DNA from: Leucoraja ocellata
Taxonomy: Eukaryota
NCBI GenBank assembly: GCA_036785375.1
Contig: JAWMAR010000007.1
Coordinates: 17,174,001-17,238,000 of the forward strand
Direction: 5' to 3'
Length of the DNA: 64,000 bases
Shown piece by piece: positions 63,746-64,000 of the stretch. Every line of letters begins with the position of its first letter. The stretch's first letter is position 1. A program made the translations under genes and the position numbers. The notes under the pieces were generated by a model. It was not told the origin of the DNA and searched no databases. It saw only the letters and a list, made by a program, of their open reading frames with translations.

Positions 63746-64000
63746 TGTGCATGTTGACTCTATGGAAATTTCTGATAAATTTCCTTTCACCCTTGGGAAG
63801 GACATTTAAATAAATGGTGCTAAGAAATGTTAACAGACAGAAGAATTCTGGGGATCAAGATCATATTTTCCTGAAAGAGAAAGTGGTGAAGGGGGCAGAT
63901 GGTATCCTTTCCTCAATAGGTCAAGATGTAAAATGTAAAAGCTTAGAAATCGGAGACTGCAGATGATGGAATCTTAAGCAAAAAACAAAATGCTGAAGAA

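Overview
Vertebrate genomic DNA, most likely a skate or ray (inferred from the HER1/CR1 LINEs, HE1/V-SINE-type SINEs and Penelope elements). The window is almost all intron of a + strand gene. Two phase-0 coding exons (32073-32204, 51152-51304) match my recollection of the C-terminal part of CCDC171. The rest is a nested mosaic: many CR1 fragments, a near-intact Penelope-like element (RT + GIY-YIG), a young 5'-truncated L1/Tx1, Rex1-, RTE- and RTE-X-type pieces, tRNA-SINEs, three probable solo LTRs, hAT and PIF/Harbinger MITEs, and two assembly gaps. The most notable signal is a ~130-nt retroposon present twice (38922-39052 minus; 3369-3497 plus, 5'-truncated). It has no tRNA head; its first 54 nt fold into a complete minimal HDV-like self-cleaving ribozyme whose predicted cleavage site coincides with the TSD-defined 5' end. 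Penelope-derived minimal hammerhead motifs, often in palindromic mini-elements, and a structured RTE-derived 5' leader are also present. All family and gene calls come from motif recognition; no database search or folding program was run.
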